The translations under genes were made by a program, and so were the position numbers. A stretch of 64,000 nt of DNA, taken from positions 62,001 to 126,000 of the forward strand of contig JBEWZL010000076.1 in NCBI GenBank assembly GCA_045837725.1, read 5' to 3'. This document shows, piece by piece, positions 61,625 through 64,000 of the stretch. The notes beneath the pieces are model-generated. The model was not told where the DNA came from. It worked only from the letters and a program-made list of their open reading frames with translations, and ran no database searches. Each line of letters begins with the position of its first letter. Position 1 is the stretch's first letter. The DNA comes from Vermamoeba vermiformis (Eukaryota).

Positions 61625-63649
61625 TTAAGTGAACATCATTTGGATGACCTTTTGGCCGTGCACGTTGAACCAGTGCTCACCGAGGGCTTCAAGTCGATCC
61701 AAGTTCTTGTGGGTGCAGTCGTCCATTTCGTCGCTAGCTTCAGTCAATGAAGTGTTGATTCTGTAGTAGTGATCGCCGAAGAGAAGAGCAGCTTGGTACT
61801 CAGCGGTAGTTTGGTCCATCAGAATGTCAATAAGACCGTTGGCAACCCATTGGATCAAACCAAACTTGGAGGCGTCTTTGCCGTTCACGTGACGGTGCAA
61901 CGAGCCAGTGCCGAGTGAAATAACACCCAAGTCCTTCTCACCCCAGATACGCTTAGCTTCAGCATAGGCCAACTAACGCAACGAAAGTTAGATCGCGGAG
62001 AGTTTCAAATTATGAAAGGTAACTTACAATAGTAGGGTTGTTGCAAACAACACCACCGTCCAAGAACCAATCTTCGCCGATTTGAACAGCAGGGAAGTAG
62101 CCGGGAGCAGCGCTAGTAGCATCACCGACCTCAGCAGCAAGTACTTCAGGATCCTAAAAATAATGGCTCAGTTAGCTCGATCTGATCTGGGTCCCGAAAG
62201 CTGAGCTATTGCATTAAAGACTTACATTGTGGTTGCTGAACACGCGGATCTTCTTGCGCTCAACTTCGTAAGAGGTAATGATGACGTACTTGTCGCCAGC
62301 ATCCTTCAACTTCTTGGTGCCAAAAACTTCAGCCAAGACTTCCTTCTTGCCTATATAGCGAATAAATCAGACAAATATATATCGATAGATTATGGATAAG
62401 TTGAATTTCAGTAGTGACATGAAACTGAACCAAGGTCCACGCCACTTCGTGGGAACAAATCCGCATCTAAAAACGAGTGCTTACCACGACCGCTATATTT
62501 AGGAGAAGTTTGGAGCAAACCGACGGCGTTATCGTGCGCAGATTTGTTCATAATTCTGTTGGCACGTTCGTAGCCATACAAATTAGCAACATCAGCAGCG
62601 CTCAACTTGCAAACAGCCAAGCCCAAAGAGATCAAACCACCTATTAGGATAGGCACATATGTTATTATTCGATAGTTGGTAGCAAGGAAATTTAAAAGTT
62701 GAGTAATACAAATGGATTTGACTTACCAGTAGAAGTACCGACGAACATATCGAACAATTCGCAAACTGGAGTTCCAATTTTCTTCTCGAACAGCTTCAAG
62801 AAGGTAGCGGTAATAACACCTATTGTAAAGTCATTAGTATAAAGCGGCTTTATAATTAAGGCCTCTCTCGCGGATGTACCTCTGATACCGCCACCGTCGC
62901 AGCTCAAAATCCACTTCTTGCTGTTTCTCTTCAAGCCCAATTCGCTTGCTGAGCGAGGAGTAACGGGCTATTGAAAAGAATAATAAGGATCAGCGGTAAG
63001 AGCATTGGATGCCGATCGGCAGACTCGAATTCCGGATTTGCTCGACTTACTGGGCAAAGAGTCAATGCCAAGTGCACTTCACCTTCTCCCTTCTCAACGG
63101 GGAACCATTTGTCTTCCTTCACGTTTTCAACCAACTTAGAGACATCAATGTTTAATTGACCCAAAAAGTCATCTGCGCCGACACTGTCTTTATCCTGCAA
63201 GAATTATGATTAATATGACTGCACTAATGCCATGACGGCTATTAGCCCAAATATTGGTTGTCGACCAGAACAGATTAGCAGTTGAAAAAAACTGTGGCGA
63301 CAGTTGAAAATAGCTCCAAATTTGAATTTATATTGTATAATAATTTTAAATATTATCTGTACTTACCCACAAGGTGAGGTTAAGAGGTGTTTTAGTGTCA
63401 GAGACGTGGAAAAGGAAATCCTCGTTCCACTTGGGATTGAGGGACTTGTCGACAACTTTAGTCTTCTTCTTTAAGCCTTGGTATTTAACCTTAACATAGG
63501 GATCTTAAATTAAATAATATTAGAGCGTTTGCAAACGGAATTCCTGCACGAGTTTAAATCTCACCAGAGTAGCCGTTGACATCTGCTGCCTTAAGCTTGC
63601 GAGCCTCAATGATTTGAAGGTGAAGTACGCTCAAAACTGATGCGGCCAT
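61625..63649 (-). CDS. C2 domain + patatin-like phospholipase
   Basis: C2: ARKLKAADVNGYSDPYV..LNPKWNE..WDKDSVGADDFLG; patatin: DGGGIRG, GTSTG, TSAAP.YFP, DGGVVCNNP. Confidence 0.93.
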
Positions 63650-63769
63650 AGTATTGTGGTAGTTCGGTTTTGTAAATTACGATAGTGCGAGTTTAAAATC
63701 GCTGGTTTTTGCCTTTTACGGCTTTTTGAATATCTGTCAACAATCAACATCCACAATATTATCTCCTTC

Positions 63770-64000
63770 GCTATCTCATATCATCGCCTTCAGATTCAAT
63801 AGCAAGAGAACGCTGTTGTCGCTCGCATCTGACTTTGGACGGCCATTAGTATTTTGTTGTATTCCAATAGTTGTCTAATGTCGGACTTTCGAACAACAAA
63901 TATCCTCTTACGGTCAACATCGAATTCTATAAAGACTTGCCGGTAATTCGTATTTTTTGCGCCTCGTTTTCTGTATTTCACAAGAAATCACTTCGTTCAC
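63770..64000 (-). CDS. Possible 3' end of a gene entering from the window end
   Basis: Open frame ...VKYRKRGAKNTNYRQVFIEFDVD followed by a GTAAG donor and a branch site; no motif recognised. Confidence 0.25.

Overview
Eukaryotic genomic DNA: AT-rich, gene-dense, with many short GT-AG introns and CTAAC/CTAAT-type branch points. The gene content (major vault protein, Skp1 prolyl hydroxylase PhyA-like, fimbrin, H-type lectins) points to a free-living amoebozoan, but the species cannot be named from sequence alone. About 35 genes were reconstructed by manual exon joining, so internal splice sites and some ends are approximate. Recognisable genes: MVP, NmrA-like reductase, ADAT2, UGDH, BET bromodomain protein, histone H1, SF3B4, MARCH E3, Josephin DUB, DNase I, cyclin H, Ras, Rab, ERMARD, PhyA, ArgRS, fimbrin and a C2-patatin. 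Highlights: (i) a triple H-type-lectin + RING protein with no signal peptide, a candidate cytosolic glycan-sensing E3 ligase; (ii) a four-gene orphan family at 22-28.4 kb with a shared CACGTGA promoter module, patchwork gene conversion and an orphan promoter copy; (iii) a histone-type 3' stem-loop after the intronless H1; (iv) a frameshifted DIRS/Ngaro-like gag fused to a foreign-looking domain; (v) a candidate N-myristoylated Rab with no C-terminal Cys; (vi) a probable GPI-anchored DNase I; (vii) a 110-nt four-hairpin intergenic element.
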